DNA of 64,000 nucleotides from Mobula hypostoma (taxonomy: Eukaryota). The stretch lies in assembly GCF_963921235.1 (NCBI RefSeq), contig NC_086108.1, forward strand, positions 107,448,001-107,512,000, in the 5' to 3' direction. Shown in pieces: positions 12,983 through 25,295 of the stretch. The notes beneath the pieces were generated by a model, which saw nothing but the letters and a program-made list of their open reading frames with translations, ran no database searches and had not been told where the DNA came from. Each line of letters opens with the position of its first letter. The first letter of the stretch is position 1. A program made the position numbers and the translations under genes.

Positions 12983-13460
12983 CTCTCTCTCTCTTTTTCC
13001 CGTCTGCAGCGGGGTTCGGCTGTGTATGTAGGTTTATGGCACTCCGGGTGTTATCGCTGGGTAGAGAGATCCAGACACACCTTCCAAGCGCAAAAGATGT
13101 CTGTAAACGGCTCTCCGGCTATAGCGCGCAGCCTCTGTGGGCACCGAGGTATGAGCAGCTGAACTAGCTTCGGGCTCGTATCGTCCCGCAGAGACCTGCG
13201 CCCCAAAGTATAATCTTGTTTTTTAAAAAAAATCTTCCATCCTTGCCTTGGGAATAAATTGGACCCCCCCCCCCCATGTCTACGTGTAAAAGCAGAGGGG
13301 TTTTTATTGGTGTACCGTGCATTGGTCTTGGGTACCGTCATTGGAGTCCTTCAGGTCAGATCAAAGAGATAATCACCGTAATTTCAACACTTGGTTGGGA
13401 AGGATCACAAACAGCTTGCAATGGGAGCAGGTGCTGTGATCGAACTGGACGACATCGTTA
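11840..13460. promoter_or_regulatory. CpG-rich unique region; candidate promoter / non-coding first exon(s) of a + strand gene
   Basis: CpG density is visibly higher than in the flanks, with no recognisable repeat. GGAAGT (ETS-like) motifs at about 12652 and 12845; donor-like AAG|GTATGT at 12261/12262 and TAG|GTAAGA at 12866/12867. Confidence 0.55.
12951..12993. repeat. Compound (TG)n(CG)n(CT)n microsatellite
   Basis: Seen directly in the sequence. Confidence 0.95.
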
Positions 13461-14162
13461 TTAAAGCAACCCAAGACATGTCCTCTTATTATTACTACCA
13501 TCAAGGAGGAGGCGCAGGAGCCTGAAGACCCACACTCAATGTTTTAAGACCAGCTTCTTCCCCTCCACCATCAGATTTCTGAATATTCAATGAACCCATA
13601 TTCACCCCCTAATAACTTTTCTCTTTGCCCCCTTCTTGCACTAATTATCTAATTTGTCTCTTTTTTTTGTAACTTTTTAGTTTTTTATGTTACTTATTGT
13701 AATGTACTCTTGCTGCTAGACAACATATTTCATGATGTATGCCAGTGATATTAAACCTGATCCTGACTTGCAACACAGAAGAGGCCATTGGGCCTGTAGT
13801 GTGTAGGACAGTAAGGGTAATTACCCACTCCCAGGTTGGGGGGTCTTCAAATGTCCATCTTAAATGTTAACATTTCTGATTCCATCACCTGTCCTTCAAC
13901 CTGTTGTTAAATTTGCCATTTTTGTCTCATTTCTTATTGTAACTTTTTTTTAAAAAAAAGGTAGTGCAAAAAATGAGGTAGTTTTCATGGTCCATACAGA
14001 AATCTCTTGGCAGAGGAGAAGCTGATCCTAAAACTTTGAGAATGTGTGTTCTGGCTCCTGTATCACTTCATTGATGGTAGCAATGAGAAGAGGGCATGGT
14101 GTGGATGGTGAGGGTCATTGATGAAGAATCTTGGCTTTAAAAAAACATTGAAAGACCTAGAT

Positions 14163-14250
14163 CAGGGGCTCCCAATCCTTGTTATGCCATGAACCCCTAC
14201 CGTTAACCGAGGGGGTGGGGGATTGTGTGGATCCAGGGTGGGAACCCCTG
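14163..14250. mobile_element. Short hAT-type MITE
   Basis: TIRs caggggctccca...tgggaacccctg with an imperfect 8-bp TSD acctagat/ctctagat. Relatives lie at 19456-19526 and about 7503, 41374, 53437 and 61377. Confidence 0.75.
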
Positions 14251-14519
14251 CTCTAGATAGATTGGATATGCAGAGGCTGGGACCAGAGGGTGCAGACTCA
14301 AAAGAGAAGGACATCCCTTTAGAATAGAGATGAGGAATTTCTTCAGCCAGAGGGTGGTGAATCTGTGGAATTCATTGTGATAGAGTTGTGAAGGACAGGT
14401 CATTAGATGTACTTGAAGCAGAGGCTGGTAGGTTGTTGATTGGTGAGGAGATTAGCGGTTACCAGGAGAATGGGGCTGAGGGGGGAAAAAATGTCAGCCT
14501 TGATTGAATTGATACAGGA

Positions 14520-14700
14520 GATTTTGCTGATGCTGGAAATCTAGAGCAATACACAGAAAAATTATTGGAGGAACCCAGCAGGTCAGGCAGCATCTATAGA
14601 GGGGAATAAACTGATGGTTTAGGAAGGGTCCCAGCTCAAAACATCAACTATTTATTCCCCTCTATAGATGCTGCCTAATCTGCTGAGTTTCTCCAGCATT
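14520..14700. mobile_element. Decayed fold-back Penelope pLTR mini-element
   Basis: A perfect 26-bp inverted repeat (14585-14610 / 14651-14676) flanks a degenerate hammerhead remnant (gaagggtcccagctcaaaacatcaac). Confidence 0.75.
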
Positions 14701-15029
14701 TATTTATATATATATACTTTTTTTTAAATTGGGGATTGTGTGTTTATATGTCCACAATTGAATGGCAGAGCAGACTTTGAGCTGAATGTTCCAATTCTGC
14801 TGCTATATCTTATGGAAATGTGGTGAGGCTGATAGGCCTCATACAGGCAAATGGGATTGGTGTATTAAGGCATTGTGGACAATTGGTGTCATGGGTGGAC
14901 AGGGTGGTGAAGAAGGCAATTGGCACACTGGGCTTCATCAGTCAGGATGCTGAATGCAGGGGTTGGGCTATCATGTTATAGCTGTACAAGACATCAGTAA
15001 GACCACACTTGAACAAACTTCTATTGAGG

Positions 15030-15545
15030 CACACTGGAGTGACTAGTTGCATCTTGGTCTGGTATGGAAACATCAATGCCCAAGATTGGAAGAAGTCTAG
15101 AGAAAGTAGATACAGAAAAACCCTCCCCACCATTGAGCTCATCTACATGGAGCTCTGCGACCAGAAAGCAGCATCCATCATCAAGGACCCTCATTACCCA
15201 AGCCATGCTCCCTTCTCGCTGCTGTTATTGAAAAGGAGGTGTAGGAGCCTCAGGACTCACTCCACCAGGTTCAGGAACAATTAGTACCCTTCAGCTATCA
15301 GGCTACTGAACCAGTGCAGATAACTTCACTTACCTCAAAACTAAACTAGTTTCACAACCTGTAGTTTCATTTTAAGACTCTACAAATGATGTTCTCAGTA
15401 TTTTTTTGTTTATTTTTAAAATTGGTTGGTTGTCAGTCTGTGTGTAGCTTTGATTCTATTGTATTTGTTCTGTGAATGTCTGCAAGACAATGAATTTCAA
15501 GGTAGTATATGGTGACATAAACATAATTTGTTAATAAATTTACAA
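15030..15545 (+). mobile_element. Rex1/Babar-like LINE 3' fragment
   Basis: TSCILVWYGN...KAASIIKDPHYPSHAPFSLL...RSLRTHSTRFRN followed by a UTR ending in aataaa. Confidence 0.8.
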
Positions 15546-15776
15546 TGTGCTGGGTCACTGCATACAGATCTGGTCACCCTGCTCTAGGTTATTAAACTGC
15601 AAAGGCATAGTAAGGATTTGTGTGGGATGTTACAGAGGTTGGAGGCTTTGAGGAGTGATTGGACAGGCTGGGAATTCTTTCCCTGGAAAGTAGGAGGCTG
15701 AGGGGTGACCGTGAAGTTATTTATAAAATATTGAGGGTCATGGATAAGAGGAATATTCACAATCTTATTCCCAGGG

Positions 15777-16110
15777 TGTCAGGAAATGTGGAGGCGGCTT
15801 GACCCAAAAGCAGAGCAGTGGAGACGATTCAGTCATGTATGATAACTCTTATAAAAGGTTGCGAAATAACAAGCCAGGAGGGGCCTCTTAAAACAAGAGA
15901 GAACAGACACTGAACACGACAGGCAGTGAGTTAAACTTTAGGCAGGGAGGACAAAGGTGAGGAGCAACTGGTTGAGGCTAGTTGGTTCGATGAGTGAACT
16001 GGCTGTGGATGAGGTTAAGTGGGCCGTGGGTAATGAGCCTGGAATGAGCAGCAGGTGAGTCCTATTCACTGGGTGAAGACTGCGAGGTGCCTGTGTGTGC
16101 AGGCCTGACA
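15777..16110. mobile_element. Solo LTR (Gypsy/BEL-like) inserted in a CR1 fragment
   Basis: Termini TGTCAGG...CCTGACA with a 5-bp TSD CAGGG (15772-15776, 16111-16115). CR1 sequence continues on both sides. Confidence 0.8.
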
Positions 16111-16349
16111 CAGGGCAGGGGAGCCCAACACTGGAGGGTAAAGACTTAAAAGGTGAAGGGAAATATCTTAAGGGGACCTGATGGCCAATGTTTTCATACA
16201 GTGGTGGGTACATGGAATCTGCTGTGGGCTACATGTTAAAGGCAGGTACAACCAGGGATTTAATAAGTGTTTGGATCAAGGCATGGGTAGGAAAGGTTCA
16301 GCAAGATGTATGGCAAATAGGCCAACATCAGTTGGGTATCTGGTTTGAA

Positions 16350-16720
16350 AGAACACCCATCACCTCCGTCTGGTGCACCACCTCCCCTTTCTTCTATGGT
16401 CCACTCTACTCTCCTATCAGATTCCTCCTTCTTCAGCCCATTAACTGCTTCCACCTATTGTTTTCCAGCTACTTACTTCGTCCCCTCATCCCATCTGCCC
16501 ACCGACCTACCCCACCCATTCACCTGGCTTCACCTATCACCTGCCAGTTTGTACTCATTCCCCTTTCTTTCTCTTCTCCCCCCCCCCACCTTATTCTGGC
16601 TTCTGTCCCCTTCCTTTTCAGCCCCGATGAAGGGTTTCTGCCTGAAATGTTGACTGTTTATTCATTTGCATAGGTGCTGTCTCACTTGCTGATTTCCTCC
16701 AGCATTTTGCATATGTTGCC
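16350..16720 (+). mobile_element. Older Penelope pLTR fragment with degenerate hammerhead
   Basis: Pyrimidine-rich tract, then cagccccgatgaagggtttctgcctgaaatgttgactg and the shared 3' tail. Confidence 0.7.
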
Positions 16721-19455
16721 CATGTTTGTTCTTTCCCCTACATGTTTTTGTTAGTTGTCCTGGATAAATTGAATGGTTTTGTAAGGAGAAAAATAAAACA
16801 AGATGCCAGTGGAACTCAGCGGGTTAGACTTCTTTAAAATGGCACAAGTGAAACACAGCAACGGCTTACTGGCAGCAAACAGAACTACTAACTACTCTAT
16901 TACTCACACTTTTTCTGGAAAAGGATGACTGCAATCAATAGCCTGTAACTTTCCTTTCAGAGCTGAGATTTTGAACCAGCTGTACAGCATTACATTTTTG
17001 TGGTGTAAACTGAAGTGTCTGAGGTGTAGGACAGTTGTGGCTTGGCAAGTTCAGGCCAAATCAAAGCGGTGGAACTTGGGCCCAAGAGCGAGGAATGAGC
17101 CAATGTATGACCATGCTGGAGCGGACTTGGAGCCGATTCGAAACGACAGACCTGAGATGGGCAGAGTCAAGTTGGTGCGGCCCGTGACCTAGGGCGAGGA
17201 ATGAGTTGATGTTTGGTCGATTTAAGCACTGGCCCGGATTGGAAAGGGTGGGTATCGGCTGAATCAAGGCTGTGGAGCCCAGGCCCAATAGCATATTGAG
17301 CTGGCAGGGCCCTGGTCCACAAGAGAGGAACGGGATGAGGTATGGCCAATTTAGGCCCTGGGCCAGATTGACAAGGTCGGCGTGTTGGAGCTGGAGGCGA
17401 GGGACAGGTCGGTTCAGCTGCTCGGTGAGGTTTACTGAACTGAATTGAGGCTGTGGTTCCTGGATCAGCTGTGACTGGCTTCTGTGATCTTTAATTCTAA
17501 ATGTTACTTGCATACTTTTATTGTTTGAGCGGTTTGTTTTTTTTTTTGGCTCACTTGTTTTTTTTTAATAAGTTCTATTTGGTTTCTTTGTTTTTTGGAT
17601 GCTTATAAAGAGCTGAGTCTCCAGGTCATATACAGTAGACATTGATCGTAAATGTACTTTAAGCATTTGTGGAAAGAAATCAGCAGTGAAGACTTGCTTC
17701 ACAATTGGTGACTCGTGATTGCTGTGGAGTTGGAAAGGCTCTTGAATCTCCTGAACAAGGAAGACAAGTCCTGGTTACTTTTCTTCCTACTTGGCATCCA
17801 GCATACAGTGGAAGTGGCTGAGTTGGGGGGGGAAAACTGTGTAACCAATCACTCTGTTCTCCCAGCTTCGCACTGACTACCAGCTTGCTGTTTCTATTTC
17901 TAAAAATAGAAACAAATAATAATAAATCAACAGTAAGTAAATAATACTGAGAACATGAGTTGTAGAGTCCTTGAAGGTGAGTCCATAGGTTGTGGAATTA
18001 GTTCAGTGTTGAGGTGAGTTAAGTTGTCCATGTTGGTTCAGGAGCCAGATGGTTGAAGAATACTAACTGTTCCTGAACCTGTTGTTTGCCTTTGTTTTTA
18101 TTTTGCGGGGGGGGGGGGGGACCTGAGGCTCCTCTACCACCTTCCCAATGGCAGAAATGAGAAGATGCCATGGCCTGGATCATGGATGTTGCTTTCTTGA
18201 GGCAATTCCACATTTAATGGTGAGGAGTGATGTGCCTGTGATGTATTGGGCTGAGTTCAACACACTCTGCAACTTCTTGTATTCCTGAGCATTTGAATCT
18301 CCAAATTAGACAATGATGCTTTTGTGGTCAGGGCAATTCGGATACCAGTCAGGATGCTGTCAACAGTAAACATGTAAAAATTTGTTGGTTTTCCGTGGTG
18401 TGCCATAACTTAAGCTTCTAATTAACGCCCAAAACTCCTCAAGCAGAAAATGACTGAACTCTGCTTGAGATTATTAAGAAGATTAAAGAATTTGATATTT
18501 CTTGCCATCTGCTGCATCTTGGACAGAACTCCTTTCAAATGAGAGATGAATTCGGGAGGAGGTACTTTAAAAGGGGGAATTCTCTTCTCCATCCCAAAAG
18601 GACATTGGGTCAAGTGAACTGAGATTTATAGTGTTGCCCTATCCAAGATTCAGGGTGAGAAAGTAAAACTGGGGCTAAATGGATTTGAACTCCAAACCAA
18701 CCAAACTCCAGATGAATGGTAAATTGAGTTCAAAAGCTGAAGAGCGTCGAATAGTAAGGCCCTTTTGCCCATGATGTTGTGCTGACCCTTTAACCAACTC
18801 TAAGATCAATCTAGCCCTTCTGACCCCATTTTCCCACCCCATTCATCGTTTATCTGTGAGCCTATCTAATCTAATTTAAATGAACCTGCCTCTACCACCA
18901 CCCATGGCAGGGTGTTCCATGCACCCACCACTTCGTAAGTTAAAAAAACACTACCTCTGTGTAATGAACTTGCCTCTGACACGACGAAAGTTCTCAGCCT
19001 GAAACATTGACTGTTTATTCCTCTCTATAGATGCTGCTAAATTCCTCCAGTACTTTGTGTGTGTTATTGTGGATCTCCCACACCTGCAAAATCTTTTGTG
19101 TTTACCTCTGGCATCTCTCCATACTTGCCTCTAATCAATCGCCTTAATGCCCCCTCATTTTAGCCTTGCCACCCTGGGATAAAGATCTCTGGCTGAACGC
19201 TCGATCTATGCCTCTTATCATCTTGTGCACTTCTCACCCTCCTTTTCCCCAAAGAGAAAAGCCCTGGCTCGCTTAACCTTTACTCAGAAGACGTGCCTTC
19301 CAATCCAGACAGCATCCTGGTAAATCTCTTCAGCACCTTCTCTAAAGTTTCAACTTCCTTCCTAGACAGAGTCAACCAGAACTGAACACAATACTGAGAG
19401 TGTGGTTTAACTCGGATTTTCTGGAGCTGCATGGTTATCTTGTATCACTCTGGGG

Positions 19456-19526
19456 CAGGGGTTCCCAACCTTTTTCACCCTTACCATTAACCAATAGGTC
19501 CATGGACCCTAGGTTGGGAACCCCTG
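19456..19526. mobile_element. Short hAT-type MITE
   Basis: TIRs caggggttcccaacc / ggttgggaacccctg with an imperfect 8-bp TSD ctctgggg/ttctggag. Confidence 0.75.
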
Positions 19527-20479
19527 TTCTGGAGAAAGACTGTAAACAGCCAATTGAGCAAGCTACCTAGGAGAACTGCAAAGGTGTTTTCCAACAGTAG
19601 ATGGACCATAAATTTACCCAATGACTTGTCCTCCACAGCCATTCATGGCAATGAAGTCCACAGATTCACCACCCTCTGGCTTAAAAGAAAATTCCTCCTT
19701 ATCTCTGTTCTAAAGGGATGGTCCTCAATTCTGAGGCTGTACGCTCTGGTCCTAGACTCCCCCTCAGTGGGAAGCATCCTCTCCATGTCTACTTTATCTA
19801 GGTCTTTCAATATTTAATAGGTTTCAATGAGATTCCCCCTCATCCTTCTAAACTCCAGTGAGTACAGGCCCAGAGCAAACAAACATCCCGATATGTTAAC
19901 CCTTTCATTCTGGGAATCACTCTCGTGAACCTTTTCTGGACCCTCTCCAGTGCCAGAACACCCTTGGATAAAGGGCCCAAAATTCCTCAATACTCCAAAT
20001 GCGGTCTGACCAACACCTCAAGAAAGCCTCAAATCCTGGTTTTGGAACCAGAAAGGAAATGGCCTGATTTGTAGGCCACAAGCTTGTGATCATTTTCACC
20101 TTTAGTTGCTTTGTTGTGGAGATTTTATTTTCAGTTTTTTTTTCTCTCTGCTCTGCTGCTGCGCCAGCACGTCACTCCTGCTAATGATGAGAAAATGAGT
20201 TGATATTTCTTGTAAGCAGAAGGACAGACTGCTCCCAGCACTGCTGGGCATTTGTGATTGTAAGAATCAGAATCGGAATCACTTTATTCCCAGTACATGA
20301 AACATATCAGAATTGATTGTGGTTCAGTGCCTAACATTTAACACAGGACAATATCGCATCAGGCAACACAGTAACAACCAACAGTCTACGAGACGATAGT
20401 GCATGGTTTGCACTATCAACAATTAGCAGAATGGTCACATGCACAAACGTCAATAATCAAACTTAAATGTGAACATATA

Positions 20480-20959
20480 CAGGTGTCCCCCGCTTTACGA
20501 AAGTTCGCTTTACGCCACTTCGCTTTTATAAAAGACCTGCATTAGTACCTGTTTTCGCCAACCAAAAGAAATCCGAAGAGGATTTTCGCTTTTGCGAGAA
20601 AAGGTGCCCACTTTAAACTTGTGTTTACCCCGAGAAAGACTACCATGACTGTGAAGCCTTGCGCGGGCAGGTGTGTGTGTATGCGTGTACGTGCCGATTT
20701 TTTTTTTCTACAAATCAGTTTTGGCTAAATTTTCCCAATTCTGATAAGTGAAACTACACTGTACATACATTAGTTCTACTTGTATGTTAGTGTTATTTTG
20801 GGTTTTATGTACTATTTGGTAGGTTATTTTTTTGGGTCTGGGAACGCTCAAAAAATTTTCCCGTATAAATTACTGGTAATTGCTTCTTTGTTTTACGCCA
20901 TTTTGGCTTATGAAAGGTTTCATAGGAACGCTGTACTTTCGGATAGCAGGGGAAACCTG
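20480..20959. mobile_element. Tigger/pogo-like MITE
   Basis: TIRs caggtgtcccccgct / agcaggggaaacctg flanked by TA on both sides; no transposase ORF. Confidence 0.8.
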
Positions 20960-21719
20960 TAAACAGACTCGATAATTATCAACAGGACAAGGAGAGCAGG
21001 GAAGACCGTTTGCTGGATGCTGTGCAGGGGCAGTTAGAGTTTTACGCCTGAGTGAGTTTCGTTGAGAGGTTGGATAGCTGTGAGAAAGAAACATCCGAGA
21101 TGACACACAGTCCTGGTGGTGATGGACACGTAGCATCTCCCTGATGGCAATCTGGCGAATATGAGTGACTGCTAGGGTGAGTGGAGTCACCTCTCTTCTT
21201 CGCTCTGGCAAATAGACTGATCAGCACATCTTGCTAGCAGGACGGATTATCCCAACACTGTTGGGCATTTGCGTTCAATACTACATATTCCTTTTTATTT
21301 CAACTTCCCATTTCCTTGTCTATTTTCTTCCTCCTTCCTTTAAATGTCAGGATATTCAATATTAAAGATTAGCTTTATTTGCCACATATACGTTGCAAAC
21401 TACACTCAGTGGTCGCTTTATTTGGGTCACCTGTACAGCTGCTCATTAATGCAAATATCTAATCAGCCAATCACGTGGCAGCAACTTGATGCATAAGAGC
21501 ATGCAGGCATGGTCAAGAGGCTCAGTTGTTGTTCAGGCCGAACATCAGAATGGGGAAAGGATGTGATTTATCTGACTGACTCTTGCTGTGTACTCTGTGG
21601 GCAGAGATGCCCATTTCTGTGCTGCATCTCCTTTCACTGGGAGTTCCTCAAATCAGGAAACCCAAACATACTGACAAAAATAATGAGGAACCTTGTTGTA
21701 AAGTAGCTATGACACCACC

Positions 21720-21990
21720 AGCAGCCAAGATTCAATTCTAGCTTCTGTTTGTAAGGAGTTTGTACGTTCTCCCCGTGATCATGTAGGTTTCCTCCAGGTG
21801 CCCTGGTTTCCCCTCCAAATTCCAGAGATGACCAGTTTGTGTTAGTATGCTGTGTTGACGTCAGAAGAATGGCGACATTTGCGGGCTGCCCCTAGTACAG
21901 TCTCAGACTGTGTCAGTCATTGACACAAATGACGTATTTCACTGTGTGTCCCTATGTACATGTGACACAGAATGCTAATCTCTCTGCAAG
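21720..21990 (+). mobile_element. V-SINE/HE1-like SINE fragment
   Basis: ggagtttgtacgttctccccgtg...gtttcctccaggtg core. Related fragments lie at about 27120, 31565, 34320, 51260, 53620, 56000, 60920 and 63700. Confidence 0.6.
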
Positions 21991-22179
21991 TTCCTACTTT
22001 GACTCCTAATATTCTACAAACTATGACAGTATATTCTGCACAGTATATGTTGGTCTGTCCCATGTGTAGAACCACTCAAACCTGATCTCCACCCGCACAG
22101 GATTGCAACAAAGACTCGGCACTCCACGTGAACTTCCTGTTGCTTCCTCGCAGATGACAGAGTTAAAGCACCATGAAAT

Positions 22180-23538
22180 TCTAGGAATTCAAAGATGTGA
22201 TAACAGCACATTTGGAAAGCGGTGAAATGATCGGACAAAATCAGCATGGATTTGTGAAAGGAAAATCATGTCTGACGAATCTCATAGAATTTTTTGAGGA
22301 TGTAACTAGTAGAGTGGATAGGGGAGAACCAGTGGATGTGGTATATTTGGATTTTCAAAAGGCTTTTGACAAGGTCCCACACAGGAGATTAGTGTGCAAA
22401 CTTAAAGCACACGGTATTGGGGGTAAGGTATTGGTGTGGGTGGAGAATTGGTTAGCAGACAGGAAGCAAAGAGTGGGAATAAACGGGACCTTTTCAGAAT
22501 GGCAGGCAGTGACTAGTGGGGTACCGCAAGGCTCAGTGCTGGGACCCCAGTTGTTTACAATATATATTAATGACTTGGATGAGGGAATTAAATGCAGCAT
22601 CTCCAAGTTTGCGGATGACACGAAGCTGGGTGGCAGTGTTAGCTGTGAGGAGGATGCTAAGAGGATGCAGGGTGACTTGGATAGGTTGGGTGAGTGGGCA
22701 AATTCATGGCAGATGCAATTTAATGTGGATAAATGTGAAGTTATCCACTTTGGTGGCAAAAATAGGAAAACAGATTATTATCTGAATGGTGGCTGATTAG
22801 GAAAAGGGAAGGTGCAACGAGACCTGGGTGTCATTATACACCAGTCATTGAAAGTGGGCATGCAGGTACAGCAGGCGGTGAAAAAGGCGAACGGTATGCT
22901 GGCATTTATAGCGAGAGGATTCGAGTACAGGAGCAGGGAGGTACCACTGCAGTTGTACAAGGCCTTGGTGAGACCACACCTGGAGTATTGTGTGCAGTTT
23001 TGGTCCCCTAATCTGAGGAAAGACATCCTTGCCATAGAGGGAGTACAAAGAAAGTTCACCAGATTGATTCCTGGGCTGGCACGACTTTCATATGAAGAAA
23101 GACTGGATGAACTGGGCTTGTACTCGTTGGAATTTAGAAGATTGAGGGGAGATCTGATTGAAACGTATAAGATCTTAAAGGGATTGGACAGGCTAGATGC
23201 AGGAAGATTGTTCCCGATGTTGGGGAAGTCCAAAACGAGGGGCCACAGTTTGAGGATGGAGGGGAAGCCTTTTAGGACCGAGATTAGGAAAAACTTCTTC
23301 ACACAGAGAGTGGTGAATCTGTGGAATTCTCTGCCACAGGAAACAGTTGAGGCTAGTTCATTGGCTATATTTAAGAGGGAGTTAGATATGGCCCTTGTGG
23401 CTACGGGGGTCAGGGGGTATGGAGGGAAGGCTGGGGCGGGGTTCTGAGTTGGATGATCAGCCATGATCATAACAAATGGCGGTGCAGGCTCGAAGGGCCG
23501 AATGGCCTACTCCTGCACCTATTTTCTATGTTTCTATG
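22180..23538 (+). mobile_element. Young 5'-truncated CR1 LINE (RT domain to 3' end)
   Basis: QHGFVKGKSCLTNL, YLDFQKAFDKV, GVPQGSVLGP, FADD. ORFs 22197-22796 and 22812-23447 share a frame and are separated by a single TGA. Tail ttctatgtttctatg. Confidence 0.95.
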
Positions 23539-24003
23539 AATCTAATCTGGGACCTGTATGGCCTGTTGGAGGGGACAAGAGTTGTGTCATACAAAGTAAT
23601 ATCTACAAAGTAATAAGTTACTTGGGCTTGCGAATGCAAAAGTGTGTTCTTACAGCACTCTACTGACTAATTTTGGAAGAGGTCTCCAATAGTTATTTAA
23701 ATATTAAGACGGTATGGTTTTTTTTTGTTTTAAGTTTCTTTTCCACAGGCAGTTAATCTGACTAACCATTCTATATACCTTCCCCCTCCTCACCCCAATC
23801 TCCCTCTATCTGCTACCCCCGTCACTGCACCGTAACCACTTTTAAACACTTTGTAAAGGTGCCATTTGTGCACGTTTTATTCCCTATCTGTACCTTAACC
23901 GCTAACTTTATATTTTATGTAGTTCTTTATTCTTTATAACTGTTGAATGTTTTTTTTCTTTGTTGCATGCTGTACCAACGCACCGCAGCAATTTCCTAAT
24001 ATA

Positions 24004-24310
24004 TGTGGCCAAGTGGTTAAGGCATTGGACTAGCTACCTGAAGGTCGTGAGTTCGAGCCCCAGCCAAGGCTACGTGGTGTGTCCTTGAGCAAGGCACTTA
24101 ATCACACATTGCTCTGTGACGAGACTGGTGCCAAGCTGTATGGGTCCTAATGCCCTTCCCTTGGACAACATTGGTGTGGTGGAGAGGGGAGACTTGCAGC
24201 ATGGGCAACTGCTGGTCTTCCATGCAACCTTGCCCAGGCCTGTGCTCTGGAGAGCGAAGACTTACCAGGTGCAGATCCATGGTCTTGCAAGACTAACAGA
24301 TGCCTTATTT
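24004..24310 (+). mobile_element. tRNA-derived SINE with CORE-like segment
   Basis: A box TGGCCAAGTGG, B box GAGTTCGAGCC, then gtgtccttgagcaaggcacttaa. Confidence 0.75.
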
Positions 24311-24313
24311 ATG

Positions 24314-25295
24314 CACTCAGTGGCCACTTAAGCAGACCTATACACCTGCTTATTAATGCAATATCTAATCAGCCAATCATGTGATAGTAATTCGATGCAT
24401 AAAAGCTTGTAGACATGGCTGAAGATTCAGTTGTTCAGATCAAACATTTAGAATGGGGAAGAACTGTAATCTAAGTGACTTTGACCGTGGAATGATTATT
24501 GGTGCCAGACAGAGTGGTTTGAGTACCTCAAACTGCTGATCTCCTGGGATTTTCACACACAACAGTCTCTAGAGTTTATGGAGAATGGTTTTAGTAAACA
24601 AAAACATCAAGTGAACAGTAGTCCTGTGGGTGAAAATGCATTGTTAATGAGAGAGGTCATGAGTCTGGTACAAGCTGACAGGAAGGTGACAGAAACTCAA
24701 ATAGGAGGATGAGAGGAGACATGATAGAGGTGTACAAGATGATAGGAGGAATAGATAGAGTGGACAGCCAGCGCCTCTTCCCCAGGGCACCACTGCTCAG
24801 TACAAGAGGACATGGCTTTAAGGTAAGGGGTGGGAAGTTCAAGGGGGATATTAGAGGAAGGTTTTTTACTCAGAGTGGTTGGTGTGTGGAATACACTGCC
24901 TGAGTCAGTGGTGGAGGCAGATACACTAGTGAAATTTAAGAGACTACTAGACAGGTATATGGAGGAATCTAAGGTGGGGGGTTATATGGGAGGCAGGGTT
25001 TGAGGGTCGGCACAACATTGTGGGCCGAAGGGCCTGTACTGTGCTTTACTGTTCTATAAACTACATGCTACAACAGTGTGCAGAAGCCTCGGGCGTACAT
25101 CTCTATAGATACCTATATCTTTCTGTTTATCTCTAGGGTGCCTAAGACGTTGTTACAGTTGTCACACCAGGCAGTAGAGCATCTCTGAACACACATCACG
25201 TCGAACCTTGAACTGCATGGGCTAGAGCAGCAGACGACCACTTGGTGGCCTCTTTATTAGATATAGGAGGTACTGAATAAGCTGACCACTGAGTG
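24314..25295 (+). mobile_element. Internally deleted Tc1-like DNA transposon interrupted by a CR1 (24703-25057)
   Basis: TIRs cactcagtgg/ccactgagtg (TA at the right end) and a transposase N-terminal remnant SDFDRGMIIGAR...ADLLGFSHTTVSRVY. A left-end copy also lies at about 21403-21570. Confidence 0.8.
24703..25057 (+). mobile_element. Young CR1 3' end
   Basis: RGDMIEVYK...RGHGFKVRGGKFKGDIRGRFFTQ; near-identical to 7688-8195. Confidence 0.9.

Noticed and set aside
20965..21180. Possible coding exon (RLLDAVQGQLEFY, donor-like gtgagt at about 21177)
   Set aside because: The candidate frames hit stop codons and there is no convincing acceptor.
20234..21265. Iron-responsive elements (CAGUG loops on the minus strand)
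   Set aside because: The stem closes on a 5-nt rather than 6-nt CAGUGN loop, and there is no bulged C with a lower stem.
24004..24080. tRNA gene
   Set aside because: A/B boxes are present but there is no acceptor stem; it continues into a SINE body.
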